Assembly (NCBI GenBank): GCA_045592785.1
Contig: JAZNVL010000031.1
Location: forward strand, 1,147 to 65,146
Direction: 5' to 3'
Source of the DNA: Victivallales bacterium
GTDB lineage: Bacteria > Verrucomicrobiota > Lentisphaeria > Victivallales > UBA1829
Length of the DNA stretch: 64,000 bases
This document shows, piece after piece, positions 55,786-64,000 of the stretch. The position numbers were made by a program, and so were the translations under genes. Numbering within the stretch: the stretch's first letter is position 1; each line of letters opens with the position of its first letter. Below the pieces are notes generated by a model. It searched no databases, was not told where the DNA came from, and saw only the letters and a list, made by a program, of their open reading frames with translations.

Positions 55786-56781
55786 TTAAGATCCTTTCTT
55801 CTGTATTAAAACTGAAATAATAATGACAAGTCCTTTCACCAGTCCCTGCAAGGTCGCAGCGACACCCCACATATCAAGAATGTTGGAGACCAGACCCAGA
55901 ATCAGTACGCCCGCCAGAGTCCCGTGCAGCGTACCGCGTCCGCCGGACATGGCGGCACCCCCGATGATCACGGCGGCAATGGCATCCAGTTCGTAGAAAA
56001 GCCCCGCATTGGAAGAGGAGACCGAACCCAGACGTCCGGCAAAGAGAATGGCGGCGATCCCCACACAACCGCCGATGATGAGATACGTCATGAACTTGAC
56101 CAATCCGGTCCGGATCCCCGCAAAATGTGCCACGCGTTCGTTGGAACCGACTGCGCACACATGTTTTCCGAACGCAGTGAAAGAGAGCAGCGCACCCAGT
56201 AATGCCGTCAGACCGAAAAGCAGCAGTGCAGGCAGAGAAATGGGGCCGATTTCCGCTTCCCCGACTTTACACAGCACCTCATTTCCCGTGGAAAGCGTGC
56301 CGGAATCCGCCAGATACAACGCCAGCGAACGGAAGATGGAGTACGCTCCCAGCGTGGCAATGAATGGCGGGATCCGCCCCAGTACCACGATGGCTCCGTT
56401 GATGGCACCGCCCACCAGCCCGGCGGCGATGCTCACTGCCGCCGCCAGAAGAAAACCGCAGAGATCCGGAGACATGCCCATGCAGTCCGCTTCCGGCGTG
56501 AATTTCCGGATGGCAAGAATGGAACAAACGCCGCAGAACGCGAAAATGGATCCCACGGAAAGGTCGATCCCGCCCGCGATGATGACAAAGGTCATACCCA
56601 GGGCTATGATCCCGCTGTACGAGACCTGCCGCAGAATATTGAACAGGTTGTCTGCGCTGAGAAACACATCGCTGCTCAGCGAACATACGAGAAAAAGCAC
56701 CAACAATGCGGAATAAGGTCCTGTCAGTTTCAGCAGGATCTTTTTCAGCAGTGCTTTACGGTCCGTTTGTGTAAGTTCCAT
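55786..56781 (-). CDS. Sugar ABC transporter permease (RbsC-like)
   Basis: 331 aa, polytopic. GGIDLSVGS motif is typical of CUT2 permeases. Confidence 0.8.
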   Translation of the reverse strand: MELTQTDRKALLKKILLKLTGPYSALLVLFLVCSLSSDVFLSADNLFNILRQVSYSGIIALGMTFVIIAGGIDLSVGSIFAFCGVCSILAIRKFTPEADCMGMSPDLCGFLLAAAVSIAAGLVGGAINGAIVVLGRIPPFIATLGAYSIFRSLALYLADSGTLSTGNEVLCKVGEAEIGPISLPALLLFGLTALLGALLSFTAFGKHVCAVGSNERVAHFAGIRTGLVKFMTYLIIGGCVGIAAILFAGRLGSVSSSNAGLFYELDAIAAVIIGGAAMSGGRGTLHGTLAGVLILGLVSNILDMWGVAATLQGLVKGLVIIISVLIQKKGS

Positions 56782-56782
56782 A

Positions 56783-58234
56783 TTATTTCACTCCTGTTGC
56801 CAGATACATGATTTCTTCTTCCGTTACTTGTGCCCCCGTGACTTCCCCGCGGAGTCTGCCTTCCCGCATGACCAGAACGCGGCTGCAATTCCCGATGACT
56901 TCCTCCAGATCCGAGGAGATCAGAATACAGGAGACGCCGGATTCCGCCAGCGAGTGGATGAATTCGTAGATCTCTCCGCGCGCTCCCACGTCCACTCCAC
57001 GGGTCGGCTCATCAAAAATAAAAATCGCAGGATCGGAGTCCAACCCTTTGGCAATGACTGCTTTCTGCTGATTGCCGCCGGAAAGGTTCCGCAATTTCGT
57101 TTCCGCCGTTTCCGTACGGATCCGGAACCGTTTGATGTATTCTTCCGCCGCCGAACGGCAGAGGGAATGTTTCAGAATACCGCCCCGCACATATTTGTCA
57201 AGGGACCCCAGAGTGATGTTGTCCGTCAGGGAAAAATCGGGGAGGATCGCGGTACGCTGACGGTCTTCCGGCAGATAGGATAATCCTGCCCGTTTCGCCG
57301 CCGCCGGATTGGAAAAATGAACGTCCTTCCCCTGCAGAAAAATGTGTCCGCCGGAACGTTTACGGAATGCACAAATGGTTTCCGCCAGTTCCGTTCTGCC
57401 TGCCCCGGCAAGCCCGGCAAACCCCAGGATCTCGCCTTTGTAAAGAGAAAAACTGACATCCTGCACTTCTTTCCCCGCGGAAAGATGTTCGGTACGCAAG
57501 ACTTCCGGCGCATCGGCGGGGAGTGCTTTCTTTTCCGGGAATACCCGGCTGAACTCTCTGCCCACCATACGCCGGGCGATTTCCTCCGCCGTAAATTCAG
57601 AAGCGGGCCGGTCATCCACCAGTACGCCATCCCGCAGGACCGCGATCCGGTCGCAGATGGTGCGCACTTCTTCCAGTTTGTGGGAAATATAAATGATTGC
57701 GCCGCCATTCTCCCGGAACGTACGCATGATCGTGAACAAGGTTTCCGTTTCCTGATTGTTGAGGACCGTTGTCGGTTCATCCATGATCAACAGATTACAT
57801 TCAAACAAAAAGGCTTTTGCAATTTCGATCTTCTGTTTTTCCGCAACGCCCAATGTCCCCGTGACGGCATCGGCGGGGACCGTACAGCCCACCCGGCGCA
57901 GAAGTTCCTCCGCTTTCTGCATCATGTTTTTCTTCTGCAGAATACCCCATTTTTTGCGTTCGCGTCCCAGAAAGATGTTTTCGTATACACGGAGTTCCGG
58001 GATCAGCGTGAATTCCTGGGGGATCACATAACAGGACCCATTGACTTCGATGGTCCCGGATGTGGGTTTGACATCGCCGCGGATGCAGCGGGCAAGGGTG
58101 GATTTCCCCGCACCGTTTTCTCCTGCCAATCCCAGAATGGACCCGGCAGGAAGCGAAAAAGTCACTCCGGTCAGAACGGGGACCGGCCCGAACGATTTTG
58201 TAACATTCTGAATGGATAAAACGGGCTTGCTCAT
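56783..58234 (-). CDS. Sugar ABC transporter ATP-binding protein (two fused ABC domains, RbsA-like)
   Basis: GENGAGKST Walker A motif, LSGGNQQK signature, and a second domain with GLAGAGRTE. Confidence 0.85.
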   Translation of the reverse strand: MSKPVLSIQNVTKSFGPVPVLTGVTFSLPAGSILGLAGENGAGKSTLARCIRGDVKPTSGTIEVNGSCYVIPQEFTLIPELRVYENIFLGRERKKWGILQKKNMMQKAEELLRRVGCTVPADAVTGTLGVAEKQKIEIAKAFLFECNLLIMDEPTTVLNNQETETLFTIMRTFRENGGAIIYISHKLEEVRTICDRIAVLRDGVLVDDRPASEFTAEEIARRMVGREFSRVFPEKKALPADAPEVLRTEHLSAGKEVQDVSFSLYKGEILGFAGLAGAGRTELAETICAFRKRSGGHIFLQGKDVHFSNPAAAKRAGLSYLPEDRQRTAILPDFSLTDNITLGSLDKYVRGGILKHSLCRSAAEEYIKRFRIRTETAETKLRNLSGGNQQKAVIAKGLDSDPAIFIFDEPTRGVDVGARGEIYEFIHSLAESGVSCILISSDLEEVIGNCSRVLVMREGRLRGEVTGAQVTEEEIMYLATGVK

Positions 58235-59241
58235 TTTGTTTTTTCCGCTTCGTTCACGGAGACTTTCACTTGGATTTCAGCGGGAATGACCCGCACATCT
58301 CTGACATCACTGTTGGCGCAACGGTAGATCACCGGGCAGATCCCCTCTTTTTCCAGTCCGGTGACGTCCACCATGGCGTGGAAATCGTTGCGGGTGACTG
58401 TACTGTCATCCGTATGCGGTTTCTGGAAACGGATCGTTACTTTTTCCGGGGAAAGTTTATACTGTTCAATATTCTTGATCCGGCTGGATGGTGCAAGCAG
58501 GATCATCACCGGGAATTCCGTGAATTCCTCCTGGGTCTGCGTTACGATCTGACCGGATACGATGACTTTATCAAAACTCAGTTTCACGCCTTCCGGACAG
58601 CGCAGTTTGACCGATTTTTCGAAGTCCTGTGTAATGCCGGAAAGATTCACTTCCTCTGTGGCGATCCGGTTGATATTATCCACCAGGTTTTTCGGCCCCT
58701 CCACGGTAACATCCCGCTGTGCCAGCGGGAGCGAAAGTGTATTGTTTTTCAAATAATATCCGTCTGCCAGCGTGTTTTCGTTGTATACCACATCCACGCG
58801 GACTTTTTTCGAGATGGATTTGACCAGACGGAACGAGAGCTGACGCGGTTCGATACTGCGGATCTTCACATTGCCGAGGAGATCCCATAAGCCATTGAGC
58901 TTTACCATCTTCGGAGAGAGTTCGATCACCTGTTCCTCTTTGTCACCGGTCACGTTGATCGTGAGATCAAAGTTCGCCGCACTCAACTGATCAATGGCAC
59001 TTTCGTTCCCTTCCACCTTGATTTCGACTTCTTTCACCGGTTCGGATAAATACTCCATGTTCACCGGCAGCTTGATGTTCGGTTCGATGGTGATCTCTGA
59101 CGTTGCCGGTTTGATTTGCCCTTTTACCGCCAGAATGACAATGAACGTAATCAGGACAGCAGAGAGTTTCCGGAGAAAATCGTGTCGCAGAAAGCCCGGC
59201 ACTTTATGAATGAATTTCTTACGCATTTCTGAAAAACTCAT
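58231..59241 (-). CDS. cdaR: YbbR-domain protein, diadenylate cyclase regulator CdaR-like
   Basis: N-terminal TM anchor followed by repeated YbbR-like beta segments. Overlaps cdaA by 4 nt, which is the conserved cdaA-cdaR order. Confidence 0.7.
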   Translation of the reverse strand: MSFSEMRKKFIHKVPGFLRHDFLRKLSAVLITFIVILAVKGQIKPATSEITIEPNIKLPVNMEYLSEPVKEVEIKVEGNESAIDQLSAANFDLTINVTGDKEEQVIELSPKMVKLNGLWDLLGNVKIRSIEPRQLSFRLVKSISKKVRVDVVYNENTLADGYYLKNNTLSLPLAQRDVTVEGPKNLVDNINRIATEEVNLSGITQDFEKSVKLRCPEGVKLSFDKVIVSGQIVTQTQEEFTEFPVMILLAPSSRIKNIEQYKLSPEKVTIRFQKPHTDDSTVTRNDFHAMVDVTGLEKEGICPVIYRCANSDVRDVRVIPAEIQVKVSVNEAEKTK

Positions 59242-60086
59242 GACTTCTTCTCCGTGTTATCCTGCGTTTCATTGTAGTTGAAAAGATCCACAGATTCCGG
59301 TGTCGTATTGTTGCCGTTCTTGAAAAGAGAGAGCAGCTTGTTTTCCGATTCATCGATCAGAAGTATGTTCAATTCCTCCGCAAGCTGACTCGGTTTGTTG
59401 TCCCGAACAATTCTGCCCTTCGCCGCAATGGAGATCGATCCCGTTTCTTCCGAAACCACCAGCGCGATCGCATCCGTTTCCTCCGTGATCCCGATGGCTG
59501 CACGGTGACGGGTTCCCATGCGCCCGGTGTACTGCGCCAGCGGGAGGACCGCGTTGGCTGCCACGATCTTATTCCCCCGGATGATGACAGCGCAGTCATG
59601 GAGCGGAGAGTTTTTAAAAAATAACGATTGCAGCAGCAGGGAATGAACTTTTGCATCCAGTTTGACCGAGGAGTTGATGATCCCGGCAAGCCCGATCTTC
59701 CGTTCGATCACGATCAGCGCGCCTGTTTTGGTCAATGACATTTTCCCCATGGCATCGGCGATTTCGTCAATGGTCTGCTTCTCCACCTGATTTCGCGAGG
59801 AGAATACACCGCCCGCCTGCGCAAAAATACGGCGCAGTTCCTCCTGGAAAATGATCACGATCGCCACCCCGAGGATCGTCCAGATACGGGAGAAAAGATA
59901 ACCCAGTACCGGCAGATTCAGCAGGTTGGCAAGAATACCGCCCATGCAGAAAAAGATCACGACCCCCAATAACATATTCGCCCCGCGTGTGCCGCGGATG
60001 AAATACAGGATCCAATAACATAACACGGCTATGATGACAAAGTCGGCACAGTCACGCAACAGTGTAAGGTAATCAAAATCCCACAT
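59238..60086 (-). CDS. cdaA: Membrane-anchored diadenylate cyclase
   Basis: Three N-terminal TM helices, then DAC-domain motifs TGALIVIER, PLHDCAVII, GTRHRAAIGITEETDA, VVSEETGSIS. Confidence 0.9.
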   Translation of the reverse strand: MWDFDYLTLLRDCADFVIIAVLCYWILYFIRGTRGANMLLGVVIFFCMGGILANLLNLPVLGYLFSRIWTILGVAIVIIFQEELRRIFAQAGGVFSSRNQVEKQTIDEIADAMGKMSLTKTGALIVIERKIGLAGIINSSVKLDAKVHSLLLQSLFFKNSPLHDCAVIIRGNKIVAANAVLPLAQYTGRMGTRHRAAIGITEETDAIALVVSEETGSISIAAKGRIVRDNKPSQLAEELNILLIDESENKLLSLFKNGNNTTPESVDLFNYNETQDNTEKKS

Positions 60087-60089
60087 CGC

Positions 60090-60935
60090 TTATTCCTTTC
60101 CTTTCATCAAATGACTGCTCACTGTAACTGCATCCCGCGCTCCCCGTACGTTATGCACACGGAGAAAATCCGCGTGATGCGCTGCAAGCCAGGTGATGGC
60201 TGCCACTGTCGCAAAATCCCGTTCCGCGGGATTCGTCACCTGCGTGATCTCGCCCAGAAACGATTTCCGGGATACACCGTAAAACACAGGCCGGTCAAAG
60301 GTCTTGCGGAATACCTCACAATTCCGGATCAATTCCAGATTCTGTTCCGTATTCTTGGCAAAGCCGATCCCCGGATCCAACAGGATCTGCTCCCGGGTCA
60401 CGCCCTGCGACGCCGCATATTCCATCTGCGTACGGAAAAACGTGATGACGTCTTCCGTCACATCGTCATATTTCAGATTCTCCGGATCCTGCATGGTCTC
60501 CGGCGTGCCGCGGCTGTGAGAAAGTACCACACCCGCTTTGTGACGCGCCGCCACATGGATCATTTCCGGATCAAACTTCAAGCCGCTGACATCGTTGATG
60601 ATATTCGCGCCTTCCGTCAGTGCGGCATCCGCCACCACTGCTTTCCGCGTATCAACACTGATGGGCAGGGAACATACCTGCCGCAGATACCGGACCGCCG
60701 GGACCACCAGGGCTTTTTCCGCAGCCGGATCCATTTCTCTGGCGCCGGGCCGGGTGGATTCCGCGCCCACATCGATCATGTCGGCTTCCGCCAACAGGAT
60801 CTGGTTTACCCGTGACTGCATATCACGGATCCCGTCCCCGCTGAACGAGTCGGCGGAGAGGTTCAGGATCCCGACGACCCGGGATCCGCCGCGATTGCAG
60901 TCAAGTGTCAATCCGTGGGCTGTGACTAACTTCAT
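60090..60935 (-). CDS. folP: Dihydropteroate synthase
   Basis: GILNLSADSFSGDG, DVGAESTRPG, INDVSG, and GIGFAK motifs. Confidence 0.9.
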   Translation of the reverse strand: MKLVTAHGLTLDCNRGGSRVVGILNLSADSFSGDGIRDMQSRVNQILLAEADMIDVGAESTRPGAREMDPAAEKALVVPAVRYLRQVCSLPISVDTRKAVVADAALTEGANIINDVSGLKFDPEMIHVAARHKAGVVLSHSRGTPETMQDPENLKYDDVTEDVITFFRTQMEYAASQGVTREQILLDPGIGFAKNTEQNLELIRNCEVFRKTFDRPVFYGVSRKSFLGEITQVTNPAERDFATVAAITWLAAHHADFLRVHNVRGARDAVTVSSHLMKGKE

Positions 60936-63643
60936 TCTGCGTCCGTGGATTCTTCCGTTTCCGTTGTTTCGACAGCGGTATTTTCCAGGTCTTCTCCCTT
61001 GTATTCGGGATCATTCCCGGCTCCTGCCGCCGCTACGATCTGTTCCGCATCATCCGTTTTCGGTTCTTCCACTTCCACTTCCACAAGACGGGAGACACTG
61101 GTAATACGGTCGTTCTTGCGCAGATTCATGATACGGACACCCTTGGAATTTCTGCCGACCAGACGGATCTCATCCACACGGGTACGGACCACCTGTCCGC
61201 GTTCCGTTGTCATCAGGATCTCATCTCCGTGGGAGACACGGATCGCCGCGACCACGGTTTCGCCCGGTGCCAGGTTCACGTTCTTCACGCCCTTTGCACC
61301 GCGCTTGGTCAAACGGTATCCTTCCACATAACTGCGTTTACCCATACCGCCGCTGGTCACCACCAGCAGCTGGGGACGTCCGTCATCCACCAGGACTTCA
61401 TCGTCATCGCCTTCGCCTTCCGTTTCGACGGTTTCGGCTTCGGCTTCGACGGGTTCCACGGCTTCGACAGCATCATCCTGTTCCGGCATTTCGCTTTCCG
61501 GTCCCAGCGGGATGGCAGAGGGTACGATTTCCATACTGACAACGCAGTCATCCGCGATCTTGAATTTGATCCCGGTGACACCGCGGGCGGCTCTGCCCAT
61601 GGTACGCACATTGGTTTCCGGGAAGCGGCAAGCCATACCTTTTTCGGAGGAAAGGATGATTTCGCTGTTTCCGTCTGCGATACCGGCACCGATCAGATCG
61701 TCGCCTTCTTCAATGATGAGAGCACGCAAGCCGACTTTACGCAGATTGCGGAATTCCGTAAGCGCGGTCTTCTTGATGACACCCATCCGGGTCGCCATCA
61801 CAATGGAGTGTCCGGGCAGGTCAAACATATCTTTGTTCAAGGTGAGCATGGCGCAGATCTGTTCGCCCGGCTCGATCTTGATCAGGTTCACGATCGCCTT
61901 GCCCTTGGCGGTACGGGTCCCTTCCGGAATGTCGTACACATTGAGCCAGTACATGAACCCGCGGTTCGTGATGAAGAAGATGATGTCGTGGCTGTCCGCA
62001 TTGAAGAGATGCGCCACATGGTCTTCTTCCTTCGTTTCCATACCGATGATCCCGGTCCCGCCGCGATGCTGTGTCTTGTAGGTATCCGCCGGTACGCGTT
62101 TGATGTAACCGGTATCGGAAACCGTGATCACGCAGGCATGACGGGGGATCAGGTCCGCATAATTGAGGTCGCCTTCCGCGTATGTGATCTCGGTACGGCG
62201 ACGGTCGGCATAGCGTTCTTTCACCGCAAGCAGTTCTTCGCGGATGAGGTTCATCCGTTTTTCGCGGCTGGCAAGCAGTTCTTTCAGATACGCGATCTGT
62301 TCCATGACTTCCGCATAATCTTTTTCCAGGTCTTCAATGGCAAGACCGGTCAGCTGATGCAAACGCATATCCAGGATCGCGTTCACCTGGATCTTGGAGA
62401 ATTCAAAACGATCGATCAATGCCTGCGCCGCCATGTCACGGGTACGGGATTCGCGGATGATACGGACTACTTCGTCGATGTTCCGTACCGCCGTGAGCAA
62501 TCCGGCGAGGATGTGCGCTCTGGCTTCCGCTTTCCGCAGTTCGTACTGCGCACGGCGGGTCACAACGTCAAAACGGTGATCCAGATACGCCTGCAGGATC
62601 TGAACCAGATTCATCACGCGGGGACGGTTATGGTCCACCACCAGCATATTGAACCCGGTCACGCTTTCCAGCTGGGTGTGGGAATAAAGCTGATTCAGCA
62701 CCACGCTGCCCATGGCACCGCGTTTGATATCCACAACGATACGGATCCCTTTGTTGCTGGATTCGTCACGCAGATTGGAAATGCCGGTAATGACTTTGTC
62801 ATTGACGGTGTCGGCGATCTTCTTCACCAGAAGTTCCTTGTTCAGCGCGTAGGGGATCTCCGTAATAATGATCTGTTCCTTGCCATCTTTTTCCACGATC
62901 TCGCATTTGCCGCGGACTTTCAGAACGCCGTGCCCGGTCTCATACAGACTGCGCAGTTCGTCGATCCCGCAGATGATACCGCCGGTGGGGAAGTCGGGAC
63001 CCGGCAGGAACTGCATCAGATCCCGGGGGGTGGCAGTGGGATTATCCATCAGATGAATGGTGGCATCGATGACTTCGCCCAGGTTGTGCGTGGGGATATT
63101 GGTCGCCATCCCGACCCCGATCCCGACGGATCCATTCACCAGCAGGTTCGGGAATTTCGCCGGCAAGACTTCGGGTTCCATGGTCTGTTCGTCGAAGGTG
63201 GGGATCATCGGCACGGTTTCCTTGTCGATATCGGCAAGAAGTTCTTCCGTGACGCGTTCCATACGACATTCGGTATAACGGTAGGCAGCCGGCGGGTCAC
63301 CGTCGATACTGCCGAAGTTACCCTGTCCTTCGATCAGCGGCATACGCATGGCGAAATCCTGTGCCATACGGACCAGAGTATCATAGACCGAGGAGTCGCC
63401 GTGGGGATGATAATTACCCAGCACTTCACCGACGACTTTCGCGCATTTGACGGTGGCATGAGATTTCGTCAGGCCCATCTGACGCATCGCGAAAAGCACG
63501 CGCCGGTTACAGGGTTTCAAGCCGTCCCGGACGTCCGGAATGGCGCGTCCCACGTTTACGCTCAGGGAATACTGAAGATATGCGGTGTGCATGATGTCTT
63601 CAATATTGACAGTCACATCGTGTTTTTGAATTTCTTCTGACAT
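60932..63643 (-). CDS. gyrA: DNA gyrase subunit A
   Basis: YLQYSLSVNVGRAIPDVRDGLKPCNRRVLFAM, AAYRYTE (catalytic Tyr), and a C-terminal beta-pinwheel region with an acidic insert and an acidic tail. 903 aa. Confidence 0.95.
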   Translation of the reverse strand: MSEEIQKHDVTVNIEDIMHTAYLQYSLSVNVGRAIPDVRDGLKPCNRRVLFAMRQMGLTKSHATVKCAKVVGEVLGNYHPHGDSSVYDTLVRMAQDFAMRMPLIEGQGNFGSIDGDPPAAYRYTECRMERVTEELLADIDKETVPMIPTFDEQTMEPEVLPAKFPNLLVNGSVGIGVGMATNIPTHNLGEVIDATIHLMDNPTATPRDLMQFLPGPDFPTGGIICGIDELRSLYETGHGVLKVRGKCEIVEKDGKEQIIITEIPYALNKELLVKKIADTVNDKVITGISNLRDESSNKGIRIVVDIKRGAMGSVVLNQLYSHTQLESVTGFNMLVVDHNRPRVMNLVQILQAYLDHRFDVVTRRAQYELRKAEARAHILAGLLTAVRNIDEVVRIIRESRTRDMAAQALIDRFEFSKIQVNAILDMRLHQLTGLAIEDLEKDYAEVMEQIAYLKELLASREKRMNLIREELLAVKERYADRRRTEITYAEGDLNYADLIPRHACVITVSDTGYIKRVPADTYKTQHRGGTGIIGMETKEEDHVAHLFNADSHDIIFFITNRGFMYWLNVYDIPEGTRTAKGKAIVNLIKIEPGEQICAMLTLNKDMFDLPGHSIVMATRMGVIKKTALTEFRNLRKVGLRALIIEEGDDLIGAGIADGNSEIILSSEKGMACRFPETNVRTMGRAARGVTGIKFKIADDCVVSMEIVPSAIPLGPESEMPEQDDAVEAVEPVEAEAETVETEGEGDDDEVLVDDGRPQLLVVTSGGMGKRSYVEGYRLTKRGAKGVKNVNLAPGETVVAAIRVSHGDEILMTTERGQVVRTRVDEIRLVGRNSKGVRIMNLRKNDRITSVSRLVEVEVEEPKTDDAEQIVAAAGAGNDPEYKGEDLENTAVETTETEESTDAE

Positions 63644-63694
63644 AGCATGTCATCTTTCTTTGATGATGGTTTTTGTTGTTTGCAAACATGCCGT

Positions 63695-63723
63695 AATATA
63701 CACCCTTTTCCTGCGTTTCGCAA
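63695..63723 (-). promoter_or_regulatory. Sigma70-type promoter candidate for gyrA
   Basis: On the minus strand: TTGCGA (63723-63718), 17-nt spacer, TATATT (63700-63695), about 50 nt upstream of the gyrA ATG. Confidence 0.5.
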
Positions 63724-63780
63724 GTCTTTTTCCCTGCCTTTTCTAATATAATATAAAGAATTTCTTAAAAAAATCGCCCA

Positions 63781-63830
63781 AACGGACAAAAACGGACTGC
63801 AACGGACGGAAACCGACCGGAACGGACAGG
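63781..63830. repeat. Array of five AACGGAC-type motifs at exact 10-bp spacing
   Basis: aacggac at 63781, 63791, 63801 and 63821; aaccgac at 63811. Confidence 0.85.
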
Positions 63831-63890
63831 GAAAACAACGTCAGCCGGGCAGATTTTCCCGCGTTTTCAAACGATGCCGGCGCATGAAAG

Positions 63891-63940
63891 TACGGATGGG
63901 TACGGATGGGAACGGATGGGTACGGATGGGTACGGTTTGA
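63891..63940. repeat. Tandem decamer repeat (T/A)ACGGATGGG x4 plus a degenerate fifth copy
   Basis: tacggatggg at 63891, 63901 and 63921; aacggatggg at 63911; tacggtttga at 63931. Same 10-bp register as the 63781 array. Confidence 0.9.
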
Positions 63941-64000
63941 ATAAACAAAGCCGATGTGTTTTTTTGATACGGATCTTGTCTTTCTCCGTACCGATCCGTA

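Noticed and set aside
63891-63940. Tandem decamers as a possible CRISPR array
   Set aside because: The 10-bp units are directly abutting with no spacers, and there are no cas genes nearby. This is a simple tandem repeat, not a CRISPR.
63644-64000. Replication origin next to gyrA
   Set aside because: I found no TTATCCACA-type DnaA boxes or AT-rich unwinding element, and no dnaA or dnaN in the window. The repeats have a different motif (ACGGA).
1-64000. Mobile elements, prophage genes or integration scars
   Set aside because: - No integrase, transposase, recombinase or phage structural signature appears in any of the six frames.
- There are no tRNA genes or flanking long direct repeats.
- The only repeats are the local ones reported above.

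Overview
The window looks like a contiguous chromosomal segment, densely coded on both strands, with about 50 supportable protein genes. I saw no rRNA or tRNA genes, CRISPR arrays, transposases or integrases. A prepilin-type protein (FTLIELLVVIAIIALLAGMLLPAL) and anaerobe-style NifX-like / MinD-ferredoxin genes suggest a member of the PVC group (Lentisphaerota, Verrucomicrobiota or Planctomycetota); that is inference only. All domain calls come from motif recognition by eye; no searches were run.

Housekeeping genes:
- Cell envelope and lipid: murC, an LpxL-type acyltransferase, and an LplT-PlsC-Aas fusion.
- Nucleotide, amino-acid and cofactor metabolism: thrC, guaA, folP, pta, acpS and a eukaryote-type UDP-glucose dehydrogenase.
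- DNA functions: mfd, gyrA, radC and xseB.
- Signalling and transport: cdaA-cdaR, a CUT2-type sugar ABC transporter, an NSS transporter and a split ChrA pair.

The main accessory content is two paralogous, co-directional envelope cassettes (2211-8792 and 15824-31550):
- Each has very large secreted TPR proteins followed by one ExbB/TolQ-type proton channel and two ExbD/TolR genes.
- The larger cassette carries a 2552-aa protein that combines TPR arrays, a repeated beta-module, and discoidin-like and PA14-like segments.
- It ends with a TonB-N-terminus-like anchor that lacks a TonB C-terminal domain, and a polytopic DUF4159-like protein.
- No TonB-dependent receptor, Pal or TolB gene is present in the window.
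- I consider this the best candidate for an uncharacterised PMF-powered trans-envelope system.

Other notable items:
- An ArsR-controlled seven-gene operon: thioredoxin, two NifX-like proteins, two MinD-type ATPases with 4Fe-4S inserts, and a YeiH-type transporter.
- A GMP synthase whose glutamine amidotransferase domain is vestigial.
- A prepilin-like gene preceded by two truncated copies of its own N-terminal coding segment and a long perfect hairpin.
- Two 10-bp helically phased ACGGA repeat arrays upstream of gyrA.
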